A DNA stretch of 64,000 nucleotides from Candidatus Aenigmatarchaeota archaeon (GCA_039000985.1 JAWBMD010000002.1:33578-97577); one strand, 5' to 3'; numbered from the stretch's first letter, positions 44,879 through 54,361 are shown. Numbers and translations are program-made. The notes: a model not told the origin generated them from the letters alone.

Positions 44879-44965
44879 AAAAAAATAAAAAAGGTAGTTT
44901 TATTTATTCTAAATCAAGATCTTCCAATCCTACTAAATCATCTGTTTCACTAAGTTCATTGGCTT

Positions 44966-46117
44966 TCATCTTAATACCTCTATTCCCAAAGCTTCATTTA
45001 CCTCTCTACTTAATGGTCTCTCAAAAACACTAGTTGGTCCTAAAATATAGGGGGATTTTACTCCTGTTATTATTGAAATAACTTGTATTCTTCCTTCAAA
45101 TTCTGGTAAAACTCTTGCTCCCCAAAACACATGTGCACTTGGATCTAAATATTGACCAACTGTTTCTCCTATGGTCGTAACTTCATCCAATCTCAAATCT
45201 GGTCCACCTGTTATATGTATTAAAGCACCAGTAGCTCCCGAATAATCCACTTCTAGCAAAGGATTCTCTAATGCTTTTGTTATAGCATCTCTTGCTCTAT
45301 CACTTGTTGAACTTTCAGCAACACCCATTGCTGCAACACCGCCACTTCTCATAACAGCTTTTACATCAGCAAAATCTAAATTAACTAAGCTTGGTAATGT
45401 TATAGTTTCTGTAATCCCTTTTACCATGCTAGCAATTAATTCATCTGCAACAGCAAAAGCTTGCTGTAAAGATAAATTACCAGCATATTTAGAAAGTTTA
45501 TCATTTTCTATAACAATAGTCGTATCAGTAACATTTCTTAAATTAGCTAAAGCTTCTTCAGCTTTAGAAACTCTTCCACCCTCTATTTTAAATGGCATTG
45601 TAACTACTGCTATTACCATTGAGCCCATAGATTTAGCTAACTCGCAAACAACTGGGATACTTCCAGTACCAGTACCTTTTCCTAAACCGGCTATTGCAAA
45701 AACCAAATCAGTTCCTTCTAAAACTTCTTTAATTTCATTTCTACTTTCTTCAGCAGCTTTTCTACCTATTTCAGGATAACCACCTGCTCCTAAACCTTTT
45801 GTTAGTTCTTTTCCAATTAATAATTTTTTATTAGCTTTTATAATTGCTAAATGTTTAGCATCTGTATTTAAAGCAACTGTAGTAGCTCCTTCTACTCCCA
45901 TTTCTGTAAGTCTTGATATAGTATTACAGCCAGCTCCCCCACAACCAACTACAACTATTTTAGCTTTTTTAATAGCAACACCAAGTTCCTCTTCTACTAA
46001 TTTAAAATAATCTATATTACTTTTTGTTATTCCACTAGTTAGTTTAAACCTATCTTCTATTCTTTCTTCTCTGTATCCTTTCGATCGATTCAATGCACTT
46101 CGAACTATACTCTCCAT
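44966..46117 (-). CDS. ftsZ: Cell division protein FtsZ
   Basis: [20 protein letters not shown] and GLGKGTGTG tubulin/FtsZ signatures. Confidence 0.95.
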   Translation of the reverse strand: MESIVRSALNRSKGYREERIEDRFKLTSGITKSNIDYFKLVEEELGVAIKKAKIVVVGCGGAGCNTISRLTEMGVEGATTVALNTDAKHLAIIKANKKLLIGKELTKGLGAGGYPEIGRKAAEESRNEIKEVLEGTDLVFAIAGLGKGTGTGSIPVVCELAKSMGSMVIAVVTMPFKIEGGRVSKAEEALANLRNVTDTTIVIENDKLSKYAGNLSLQQAFAVADELIASMVKGITETITLPSLVNLDFADVKAVMRSGGVAAMGVAESSTSDRARDAITKALENPLLEVDYSGATGALIHITGGPDLRLDEVTTIGETVGQYLDPSAHVFWGARVLPEFEGRIQVISIITGVKSPYILGPTSVFERPLSREVNEALGIEVLR

Positions 46118-46416
46118 TATATATTTTCCACTATCGAAATCTATTTATTTATTTATTCTATATGCTATTTGTAGAGCTTCAAACAAAACTTTTTAAAATA
46201 GACCCCAATCGCTTCAATCGCTTCTAGACCCCAATTATATCTTGACATATTTATTTAAATTTTTTTCTATTCTAAAATATATAGCTTTTGAATAATTATT
46301 TGCAATATTAATTAGTTTTTAAACAAAATTTTACTATAAATGCTAATCAATAAAAATATATTGAAACGCAATTAAAGATAGTTAGTTATTTAAACCTATT
46401 TATCAAAAAATCAAAT

Positions 46417-46581
46417 ATGCATTGTGTAAAATGCTCTTCAACCAACATTGTAAGATTTGTAGATTTTAATGGAGTAAAAAGAATTTATTGTAGATATTGT
46501 AAATATAGTTATCCTCTACTAATAACTCGAAATTTCTTAAATGAAACATTAAACAATAATAAGCATTTTTATATAAAATAA
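46417..46581 (+). CDS. Possible 54-aa zinc-ribbon protein (below track cutoff)
   Basis: Hand translation gives MHCVKCSSTNIVRFVDFNGVKRIYCRYCKYSYPLL...* with CxxC...CxxC. It ends 10 nt before tRNA-Ser. Confidence 0.35.
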   Translation: MHCVKCSSTNIVRFVDFNGVKRIYCRYCKYSYPLLITRNFLNETLNNNKHFYIK

Positions 46582-46590
46582 AATTATAAA

Positions 46591-46674
46591 GCCCAGGTGG
46601 CCGAGTGGTTAAGGCGCATGCCTGGAGAGCATGTGGAGCTTTGCTCCGCCAGGGTTCGAATCCCTGCCTGGGCG
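46591..46674 (+). tRNA. tRNA-Ser (GGA), class II with long variable arm
   Basis: Acceptor GCCCAGG/CCTGGGC, anticodon stem CATGC/GCATG, loop CTGGAGA, variable arm GGAGC-TTT-GCTCC. Confidence 0.9.
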
Positions 46675-46720
46675 CTTCAAGCCCTCAATACCTGCACTAC
46701 TTTTATAAAAAAAAGAATGT

Positions 46721-48268
46721 TCACCTTTCCAAAACAAAATATTTTTTCGGTACCTTTACTTCCCTTAATATTTTTATTAACATATCGTAACTTTTACCTA
46801 TACCAACACTTCCATTTTCTTTAACAATTTTCATAGCATTCTCTAACCTATTTTCAGAATTGGAATATAATCTCAAAACTTTTTCACCTCTCTTTATCGG
46901 ATCACCAAGCTTTTTAAATAAGACTATACCAGCACTTAAATCTTTTGGACAACCCAATGCTCTAGCAACTTGATTTAGAGAGCTATTATCTAACCATAAA
47001 ATAAATCCATCCTTCTCAGCAATAAAATCTTCATGATATTTACCAACCTCTATATCATCTGGCCTAATATTTTTATTACCACCTTGCATTTCTATTATCT
47101 CTCTCATTTTTTCCTCAGCTTTACCATTCTTCAAAGTTCTTTCTAAAGCATTTAAATAATTGCCAGGCTTAACTAAATTAAGTAAAGAGTTCGCAATTAC
47201 AAGAACTTTGTTATGTAAATCTTCTATGTTTCTTTTTCCAAATAAAAATTCCAAAGCTTCTTTAGCTTCCAATGCAGGACCTATACTATAACCAATTGGT
47301 TGAATACCTTGTGTTATACAAACAGCTAACTTAATTTTAAGTAATTTTGAAATTTCTAGAAAATCCTTAGCTAAAATTTCTGCATCTCCTATTGTTTTTA
47401 CCTTAACGCCTCTTCCTGTTGGAATATCAACAACTAAATGAGTTGCATTAACTGCTTTTTTCTTTGCCATTATAGAGGCTAGTAAAAACGGATCTAAACC
47501 AAGCTGATATTCGTATCTTATAAAAATGTCATCTGCTGGAGCTAAATGTAAGCTTCCACCCCAAACTAAACATCCATTCGTTTTATTAACAACTTCCTCC
47601 ATTTCCTCTATACTCAAATCAACATTCATTAAAACAGATGCTTTATCAGCTGTTCCAGCAGCACTTGTAATAGCTCTTGAAGATGTTTTAGGAATTTTAT
47701 AACCTAATGAAGCTATTAATGGAACTAAAATTAAACTTGTTTTATCACCACTCAAACCACCAATTGAATGCTTATCCAAAACAACTTTGCTATTTAGTTT
47801 TAATACTTTACCGGTTTTTACCATAGCTTTTGCGAAGTTTGCAGCTTCATCTATACCCATACCAAAAGAATTCAACGCAACAACTAAAGCAGTTAATTCA
47901 ATATCGCTCAAATTTCCATCAACAGCATCTTTAACTATAGAAAAAATTTCTTCATAGGTTAATTTTCTACCAGCTATTTTATTTTTTATTGCATTTAACG
48001 ATTTTGAATAGCCTAAATTTAATACTTCAACTACTTCACCATTTTTAATAGAATAGTTTGTAGCAACATCCCTATATAAACCAATTTCTCCCTTGTTTAC
48101 TAAGGTTTCACTAAAATTTACAGAAGCTATTATTTCATTATTTTTGTAAATTATTTTAATTCTATTTCCAATCAAATCCAATTCTTCTGCATCTCCTTTA
48201 TTTAAAACAACTATAGATTTACCAGCAATTATATCTAAAACTTTAGCTTTTAGCAACACTTCTAACAA
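46721..48268 (-). CDS. deoA: AMP phosphorylase (archaeal DeoA/thymidine-phosphorylase family)
   Basis: 515 aa with the AMPpase-type N-terminal extension (LKAKVLDIIAGKSIVVLNKGDAEEL), plus DKHSIGG and TSSRAITSAAGTAD motifs. Confidence 0.8.
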   Translation of the reverse strand: MLEVLLKAKVLDIIAGKSIVVLNKGDAEELDLIGNRIKIIYKNNEIIASVNFSETLVNKGEIGLYRDVATNYSIKNGEVVEVLNLGYSKSLNAIKNKIAGRKLTYEEIFSIVKDAVDGNLSDIELTALVVALNSFGMGIDEAANFAKAMVKTGKVLKLNSKVVLDKHSIGGLSGDKTSLILVPLIASLGYKIPKTSSRAITSAAGTADKASVLMNVDLSIEEMEEVVNKTNGCLVWGGSLHLAPADDIFIRYEYQLGLDPFLLASIMAKKKAVNATHLVVDIPTGRGVKVKTIGDAEILAKDFLEISKLLKIKLAVCITQGIQPIGYSIGPALEAKEALEFLFGKRNIEDLHNKVLVIANSLLNLVKPGNYLNALERTLKNGKAEEKMREIIEMQGGNKNIRPDDIEVGKYHEDFIAEKDGFILWLDNSSLNQVARALGCPKDLSAGIVLFKKLGDPIKRGEKVLRLYSNSENRLENAMKIVKENGSVGIGKSYDMLIKILREVKVPKKYFVLER

Positions 48269-48926
48269 CTATTCCAATACCACTTTTTATCTCAAAAGGA
48301 ACTTCATCACCAATATGTTCTGTAGCTCTCATTTTTCTCACTATTAAACTTCTAGTCAAATTTCCAATATAATATTTTAAAATAATTATCCCATCTGAAG
48401 TAAATTCCTCTATCCCAAAAGATGAAATAGAAGTAGAACCTTCCGGAACTTCACAAGTTAATATACTAGTGCAACCAAGTCTTTTTAATAGCATATCTAA
48501 ATCTAGTAAGCTTCTCCTTATATCTAAAAGCTTTTCAAAAAACAAACTTAATGTTGTTATTGGATCTATAACTAATCTTTTTATGTTAAACTTTTCTACA
48601 TTTACCTCTATCATAGATTTAAAATTTTCATAGTTAAAAAGCTCTGTTCTCAAAAAAATTATTCTTTTTCCTTTTTCAAATTTTTCCAAAGGCCAGTTAA
48701 AACTCGCTTCCATATATTGCTTTAATCTTTTTACATCTTCTTCCATAGATAAATATAAACCATTTTCTCCAATCATAGCACCATGAACTAAAAACTGAAT
48801 AGAAAAAATTGTTTTTCCTGTACCTGGTGAGCCAGTTAATAAAATTGTTGAACCCTCAGGTACACCACCTTGAATTAATTTGTCTAAACCTTTTATTCCA
48901 AAAGATACTCTTTTTATTTTTGTCAT
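48243..48926 (-). CDS. KaiC/RecA-superfamily single-domain ATPase
   Basis: GIKGLDKLIQGGVPEGSTILLTGSPGTGKT (Walker A) and RLVIDPIT (Walker B-like). Confidence 0.8.
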   Translation of the reverse strand: MTKIKRVSFGIKGLDKLIQGGVPEGSTILLTGSPGTGKTIFSIQFLVHGAMIGENGLYLSMEEDVKRLKQYMEASFNWPLEKFEKGKRIIFLRTELFNYENFKSMIEVNVEKFNIKRLVIDPITTLSLFFEKLLDIRRSLLDLDMLLKRLGCTSILTCEVPEGSTSISSFGIEEFTSDGIIILKYYIGNLTRSLIVRKMRATEHIGDEVPFEIKSGIGIVVRSVAKS

Positions 48927-49219
48927 TTAAGTATTCTTACTGTTCTTGGAGCAACAACTAGCAAATCATCACTAACACCAACAATATCCCCCTCAACACT
49001 TTCTATAAACTTCTTTATTTTTTCAACAGATTTTTTTAACTCTGCTTCGCTTTTCTTTTTAATCTCTTTTATCCTAACAAAAACTAATTTGTTATTTCTA
49101 ACATGCTCTATTATTTTGTCGACATCCTTGTAATTATTCAAACTTTCTACTCTTACAAACAATTTTTCTGCTTCAGGTTGAGAATAATCTATTTCTACGT
49201 ACTCTTCTTTTTCAGGCAT
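48923..49219 (-). CDS. sepF: SepF-like FtsZ-anchoring cell division protein
   Basis: EEYVEIDY..., ...VFVRIKEI... and ...VEGDIVGVSDDLLVVAPRTVRI parallel the archaeal SepF pattern (YVELDL...IADI...VDGDIV..GDD.IVITP). Confidence 0.7.
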   Translation of the reverse strand: MPEKEEYVEIDYSQPEAEKLFVRVESLNNYKDVDKIIEHVRNNKLVFVRIKEIKKKSEAELKKSVEKIKKFIESVEGDIVGVSDDLLVVAPRTVRILK

Positions 49220-49254
49220 AAAATTTATTTACAAAATTTATATTTAAATAATAA

Positions 49255-49365
49255 CGGGACGTAGCTCAACGGTAGAGCGGCCGGCTGTAGGTAGTGCATT
49301 GCATTATTCACAGTGGTCGCTCAGTAGAAACCGGTAGGTTGTGGGTTCGAATCCCACCGTCCCGA
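49255..49365 (+). tRNA. tRNA-Tyr (GTA) with 39-nt intron (49291-49329) at 37/38
   Basis: Acceptor CGGGACG/CGTCCCG gives the C1-G72 pair typical of archaeal tRNA-Tyr. The anticodon stem GCCGG/CCGGT encloses CTGTAG|intron|A. Confidence 0.85.
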
Positions 49366-49398
49366 AAGGTTTAAATACTTTTCTATTAAACTTATATT

Positions 49399-49764
49399 AT
49401 GCTTTTTGGTAAAAAAAATGCAAACAATAATAACAACTGGAAATGGACAGAATTGTTAAGGGAAGATAGTAAAGCTATTTTAAATGAAATAATAGAGAAA
49501 ACAAAATTCCATAGAGCTGCTTATACTTCTAGTGATGATGCAAAAATAGCACAAATATGGTGTGCAATAATAGAATTAAAAAGAGATATAGAGAATTTAA
49601 GAAAAGATGTAAATACTGCATTAGAACCATTTAAAAAAATAATTGAATATGGAGAAGAAGAAAAAAGAAAAGCAATAGAAAATGTTATATCTTCATTAAT
49701 TAAAGAAGTAGAAAATAAAGAAAAAATAGCAAAAGAAGTTACAAGTAGCTTGCTAAAAATTTGA
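49399..49764 (+). CDS. Hypothetical coiled-coil protein (121 aa)
   Basis: ORF only; charged helical sequence with no recognised motif. Confidence 0.4.
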   Translation: MLFGKKNANNNNNWKWTELLREDSKAILNEIIEKTKFHRAAYTSSDDAKIAQIWCAIIELKRDIENLRKDVNTALEPFKKIIEYGEEEKRKAIENVISSLIKEVENKEKIAKEVTSSLLKI

Positions 49765-50241
49765 GATAATTTTATTGAAAATTAGTTCTCTATTTTCTTT
49801 TGTTAACCAATAGAATTCTCCAAAGTTTTTGTAAGTATTTACAAAATCTCTATGAACAGTTATTAAAAATTCCTTTTTGTTTAATATATCAAAAATTTTT
49901 TCCTTAAATTTTTCACTAAACATTTCCATTTTTCCAATTTCATCTATTATATAAAAATCTGCTTCTCTATTCAAAGCTGGTAGAGTAATATCTTCGAAAA
50001 CTTTTATATCAACAAAATATTTTGAAATTTTTAAATTCGATTTTATTGAAGTGCTTGCAAAAACTTTTTCACTATTTGAATAAACATCAACAACTTTAAA
50101 GCCAATTCTATTTTTTCCTTCTCTAATTTCTGGAGTAATTATGCCAGTAATTTTAATTTTTCCTTTTAAAGAATTTGCTACTTTTAAAGCCAAAGTTGTT
50201 TTTCCAATACCAGGGTAGCCAGATATTATAAATTTTCTCAT
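49753..50241 (-). CDS. NTPase, THEP1/MJ1559 family
   Basis: MRKFIISGYPGIGKTTLA (Walker A) and FYIIDEIGKME (Walker B). The track ORF's upstream 133 codons are antisense to rpl18e and were discarded. Confidence 0.75.
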   Translation of the reverse strand: MRKFIISGYPGIGKTTLALKVANSLKGKIKITGIITPEIREGKNRIGFKVVDVYSNSEKVFASTSIKSNLKISKYFVDIKVFEDITLPALNREADFYIIDEIGKMEMFSEKFKEKIFDILNKKEFLITVHRDFVNTYKNFGEFYWLTKENRELIFNKIISNF

Positions 50242-50257
50242 ATATAAAGATTTCTTT

Positions 50258-50617
50258 ATGGTAAAAAGAACTGGACCAACAAACCCATCACTAAAAAAAT
50301 TGTTAATAGAGCTGGAAAAAACATATAGAAAAACAAAAAGACCTATTTGGAAAGATTTACTAGAAAAATTAAGTAAACCAAGAAGAAAAAGAATTGAAGT
50401 TAATTTGTTTAAAATAGATAAATATGTGAATGAAAATGAAATTGCTGTAGTGCCAGGAAAGGTTTTAAGTGTTGGCGAATTAACAAAACCTTTAACAATA
50501 GCTGCTTGGAAATTTAGTAAAAAGGCGAGAGAAAAAATAGAGAAAAATAATGGAAAAGCAATTGATATGTATGAGTTAATAAAATTAAATCCTAAAAACA
50601 TAAGAATAATATGTTGA
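50258..50617 (+). CDS. rpl18e: Ribosomal protein L18e (eL18)
   Basis: MVKRTGPTNPSLKKLLIELEK...PRRKRIEVNL pattern. Confidence 0.9.
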   Translation: MVKRTGPTNPSLKKLLIELEKTYRKTKRPIWKDLLEKLSKPRRKRIEVNLFKIDKYVNENEIAVVPGKVLSVGELTKPLTIAAWKFSKKAREKIEKNNGKAIDMYELIKLNPKNIRIIC

Positions 50618-51039
50618 AAATATATGATGCTGAAAATCAAATCTTAGGTAGACTTTGTTCCGTAATAGCAAAAGATTTACTTAATGATAATATGGTTTAT
50701 GTAGTTAACGCGGAAAAATCTGTAATCTCTGGCAAAAAAGAATTCACAATTAAAAAATATTTAGAAAGAAGGAGAAGAGGAGATCCAATTAAAGGACCTT
50801 TTTACCCTAGATATCCGGATAGAATATTTAGAAGAACAGTAAGAGGAATGTTACCAATTAAAAAAGCAAAAGGAAGAAAAGCATTTAGAAAATTAAAAGT
50901 ATTCATTGGAATTCCGAAAGAGCTTGAAAAGAAAAAAAATGAATTCATAAAATTGAAAGAAGCTGATGCAAAAAAATTAAAATGCGAATATATAACTTTA
51001 GAAGAATTATCTATACATTTAGGGGCTACTAAAAAATGA
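50611..51039 (+). CDS. rpl13: Ribosomal protein uL13
   Basis: IYDAENQILGRLCSVIAK...MLP.K..GR.A...LKV pattern; position in the L18e-L13-S9 operon. Confidence 0.9.
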   Translation: MLKIYDAENQILGRLCSVIAKDLLNDNMVYVVNAEKSVISGKKEFTIKKYLERRRRGDPIKGPFYPRYPDRIFRRTVRGMLPIKKAKGRKAFRKLKVFIGIPKELEKKKNEFIKLKEADAKKLKCEYITLEELSIHLGATKK

Positions 51040-51440
51040 TATTTGTTGGAAAAAGAAGAAGGGCCATAGCTAGATTGAAAATAGAGGAAGGGGGTAGTGG
51101 AAAAATTATTGTTAATTCTAAAAGTTTAGAAGATTATTTTAGAAACAATTATCTCATTACATTTATAAAAGAACCTTTACATTTATCAGATAATCTATAT
51201 GAAAAATTTGATTTTTATGTAAATGTTAAAGGTGGTGGTATTGTTGGACAAGCAGAAGCTGTTAGACAAGCAATTGCAAGAGCTTTAGCATATAAAAGTA
51301 AAGAGTTGGAAAAATTTTTTTCATCATATGATACAAATTTATTAACTTTTGATTCTAGAAGAAATGAGCCCCATCATTCAAGCGGAAAAGGTGCAAGTAA
51401 GCGTGGAAGCAGAAGACATAAACAAAGAAGCAAGCGCTAA
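51036..51440 (+). CDS. rps9: Ribosomal protein uS9
   Basis: GKRRRAIARLKI...GGGIVGQAEAVRQAIARAL...DSRRNEPHH...RRHKQRSKR. Confidence 0.9.
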   Translation: MIFVGKRRRAIARLKIEEGGSGKIIVNSKSLEDYFRNNYLITFIKEPLHLSDNLYEKFDFYVNVKGGGIVGQAEAVRQAIARALAYKSKELEKFFSSYDTNLLTFDSRRNEPHHSSGKGASKRGSRRHKQRSKR

Positions 51441-52192
51441 AGAGATAAGCTATTAATAATAACAACTTCTACAAAAGCTGCTGAAAATAATATTGCTACA
51501 GAAAAAGTAATTAGCATTACACAATCTTCCAAAATTTTTATAAAATTTTTTCTTCTAAAAGAAACATAAAGAATGCTACCTGCTACAGCTGTTATAAAAT
51601 ATGCTAAAAACTCTAAAGAGCCATGTGGTAAATAAATTAATGAATAAATGGGTATAAAAAGAAAATTTTGCTTTGTGTTTAATGTTATTGCCGTTGCTAG
51701 CACACCAGCATTCCATGAAATTATGAACAAAGATGCTGAGCCATAAATAAGTGAAAATAAAAATATAACAAAAAGCACAGATAAATTATTAACAAAAATT
51801 CTTGCAAAGGTATTTTTTTCAACAAAACTTCCTCTTATTTTTTTTATCTCATTCAAATAATCTGAAAACATTTTTTGTTGAATTTCTGATGGAATAATAT
51901 GTTGAATTATTAAAAATGAAAAAAATATTCCTAAAAATATTGAAGCATAAATTTCAAAAGAATCTCTGTATTTTTCAATTATATCAATATTTTTTTCGCT
52001 AATTATCACTGTTCTTTTTCTAAAATATTCTATTAAAAATGGTGTTAGAGCTATTGTTATTAAAAAGCTTGAAGAAATTCCCATGCTCGATGGCAATATA
52101 AAATAAGCTAAAATTAATGAAATAGAAGCTACAATACTTGAAACTATGAATAAGTGAAATTTACTTTTTATTGAAAGATAATCAAGCACCAT
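51437..52192 (-). CDS. SpoIIM-like (DUF95) integral membrane protein
   Basis: FVNNLSV...ISWNAGVLA...YLPHGSLEFLAYFITAVAG pattern; about six TM helices. Confidence 0.65.
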   Translation of the reverse strand: MVLDYLSIKSKFHLFIVSSIVASISLILAYFILPSSMGISSSFLITIALTPFLIEYFRKRTVIISEKNIDIIEKYRDSFEIYASIFLGIFFSFLIIQHIIPSEIQQKMFSDYLNEIKKIRGSFVEKNTFARIFVNNLSVLFVIFLFSLIYGSASLFIISWNAGVLATAITLNTKQNFLFIPIYSLIYLPHGSLEFLAYFITAVAGSILYVSFRRKNFIKILEDCVMLITFSVAILFSAAFVEVVIINSLSL

Positions 52193-52201
52193 AAATAATA
52201 T

Positions 52202-52630
52202 TTGTTAAATATTTTCATTATGAAAGTTGATGTAAAAACTTTATCTGCGCTAATAATAATAATTGTTATGTTGGCAAGCTCTTTTCTTGGAGCAATAAAT
52301 ATTGTTCAACAAAGAATAAAAACTCCACCAAATATTGTTGAATATGAGTTTGATGAAAACATTAAAAAATTACTAATACAAAACTATAGAACTCTAATAA
52401 CTTTTAAATATAATTTAGATTGCGAGGAATGTTTAGATACTTTATATTTTTTAAAAGATTTAGTAAATAGAAATACAAATCAACTATTTCTACAAATAAT
52501 AAGTAATGAAAGAAATTACTCAATAAAAATAGAAAGTATGTTTGGAAATAAGGAATTAAATACACCAAACACTACTGAAATATTAAAAGCTATTTGTGAT
52601 TTGGTTTATATTGAGCTAACAGATTGTTAA
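52202..52630 (+). CDS. Hypothetical membrane-anchored protein (142 aa)
   Basis: N-terminal TM LSALIIIIVMLASSFLGAI; no recognised domain. Confidence 0.4.
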   Translation: MLNIFIMKVDVKTLSALIIIIVMLASSFLGAINIVQQRIKTPPNIVEYEFDENIKKLLIQNYRTLITFKYNLDCEECLDTLYFLKDLVNRNTNQLFLQIISNERNYSIKIESMFGNKELNTPNTTEILKAICDLVYIELTDC

Positions 52631-53039
52631 GTATACCATTTGGTTCATCTGGTTCCTTTTCCCATTTTCTTACTCTGAAATCTAATCCATATTTTGGAAA
52701 AATTTTTTCAAGAATATATTCTATTGCTCTTTCTTTTTTATTGTCATCCATTTTCAATCCATTATGAGAAATTACATGTCCTATAAGAACCATAAGTAAT
52801 GTTTCTAAATCAAAACTTTTTTTATATTTATTGTCTAACCTTTGATAATGTTCTTTAACTCTTGTCATTATATCTGAAATAATGTACTCATACTTACTGT
52901 TTTTTATATCTTCATTTATTAGATGGTCTGCAATTTCCTTCAAAAGTCTAATAACTTTCCCTCCATCATAACCAAACTCCCTTTTTAGATCCATATATAT
53001 AGTATTTACTACCATAAGGTAACTATAAAAATAAAACAT
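52590..53039 (-). CDS. Hypothetical protein (149 aa)
   Basis: ORF only. Confidence 0.35.
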   Translation of the reverse strand: MFYFYSYLMVVNTIYMDLKREFGYDGGKVIRLLKEIADHLINEDIKNSKYEYIISDIMTRVKEHYQRLDNKYKKSFDLETLLMVLIGHVISHNGLKMDDNKKERAIEYILEKIFPKYGLDFRVRKWEKEPDEPNGILNNLLAQYKPNHK

Positions 53040-53151
53040 AAATATCTCTCTATGTTTGTGTAAACAAAAATTTACAAATTAAGAAAAATTATAAATAAAA
53101 ATTTACTCACATATAAATTTTTAAATCCAAAAAACTATTATAACTAATTAT

Positions 53152-53278
53152 GCAGGGGTCGCCAAGTCTGGCCAAAGGCGGCAGGCTTAAGAAGCAACTA
53201 ACCCATCATCTTAAGCTATGATAAATGAAGAAACCTGCTGGGTTAGTCCCTTCGTGGGTTCAAATCCCACCCCCTGCA
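53152..53278 (+). tRNA. tRNA-Leu (TAA), class II, with 41-nt intron (53192-53232) at 37/38
   Basis: Acceptor GCAGGGG/CCCCTGC, anticodon stem GCAGG/CCTGC enclosing CTTAAG|intron|A, long variable arm, T-arm GTGGG-TTCAAAT-CCCAC. The intron contains a second CTTAAG that can pair with the anticodon loop. Confidence 0.85.
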
Positions 53279-53394
53279 CAAATAGCATAAAAATTATACC
53301 TCACTATCAATACTAGAACATTAGAAAAATTTTTTAAGATACCTCTCCTCCTTTGCTTTACAAAAAATAAAAGAGCTCGCGCTCTCAAGAAAAG

Positions 53395-53604
53395 TTAAAT
53401 TATAGTAGCTATAGCAAATCTTCTTTTAACTGACTCTATTTTCACTTTATATTTTTCACCAACTTTTCCTCCTTTTACAAATACTACAAAGTTTTTTATT
53501 CTTGCTACACCATCTCCCATTGCTCCAGATTCTGTTATTTCCACATCATATTCCTCACCAGCTTTTACTGGTGCTTCTCTTCTTTCAAACTTTTTTCTGA
53601 ACAT
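53395..53604 (-). CDS. TRAM-domain protein (~69 aa)
   Basis: PVKAGEEYDVEITESGAMGDGVARIKNFVVFVKGGKVGEKYKVKIESV. The start is taken at MFRKKF to avoid overlapping the udg stop region. Confidence 0.75.
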   Translation of the reverse strand: MFRKKFERREAPVKAGEEYDVEITESGAMGDGVARIKNFVVFVKGGKVGEKYKVKIESVKRRFAIATII

Positions 53605-53618
53605 ACTGGTAAATTTTT

Positions 53619-54320
53619 TTAGATTGTGGTAAATAAATACCTTATATTTTCCCAATCTTTTTTAATAATATCTTTTAGCTCAGCATTATATAAAGCACTT
53701 GCTGGATGAAACATACAAACTATTTTAAAATTAAACTTTAAACTATTAACATTAAAAATCTTTCCATGTAAATCATTCATGCTTGTATATTTCACATTTG
53801 TAAAATTTTCGAGCAAATATCTAGCAGCAATTTCACCAAGAGCTATTATTATTTTAGGATTAATTAATTCTATTTGCTTTTTTAAATAAAGTTCTGTACA
53901 AGTTTTTATGGAATTTTCGCTCGGCATATTATTTGGAGGAATACACTTAACAACATTAGTTATATAAACTTCTTCTCTTTTTAAACCAACCATTTCTAAA
54001 AGCTCATTTAAAAACATACCAGCTCTACCAACAAATGGTCTACCTTGCAAATCCTCTTCCTTACCAGGACCTAAACCTATTATCATTATTTTGGAATTAA
54101 AATTTCCCTCCCCCGGAACAGCATTTTTTCTATATTGATATAACTCGCAAGCTTTACAATTTTTTATTTTGCTCTCAAACTCATTTATCATTTCATTCAT
54201 TTCATTTAAAAATCTTTTTATAACCCTTGGTAAATCCTTATCTTCAACTCTTAAAACACTAGCTGCTTCTCTTAATATTTTTTCTTTTTTCTTCAGAGCT
54301 TCAAAACTTTCCCTATCCAT
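53619..54320 (-). CDS. udg: Uracil-DNA glycosylase, family 4
   Basis: CKACELY...VPGEGN...IMIIGLGPGKEEDLQGRPFVGRAG...HPA motifs. Confidence 0.85.
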   Translation of the reverse strand: MDRESFEALKKKEKILREAASVLRVEDKDLPRVIKRFLNEMNEMINEFESKIKNCKACELYQYRKNAVPGEGNFNSKIMIIGLGPGKEEDLQGRPFVGRAGMFLNELLEMVGLKREEVYITNVVKCIPPNNMPSENSIKTCTELYLKKQIELINPKIIIALGEIAARYLLENFTNVKYTSMNDLHGKIFNVNSLKFNFKIVCMFHPASALYNAELKDIIKKDWENIRYLFTTI

Positions 54321-54361
54321 AAAAAATATAAATTTTTAAAAACTAAATTTACTTTACTACC

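Noticed and set aside
46597-46824. + strand ORFs 46597-46824 and 46605-46790
   Set aside because: They start inside tRNA-Ser and run antisense into the AMP phosphorylase gene.
50242-50640. Upstream 133 codons of track ORF 49753-50640
   Set aside because: The sequence is hydrophobic low-complexity and exactly antisense to rpl18e. The NTPase domain starts at the internal MRKFIISGYPGIGKT.
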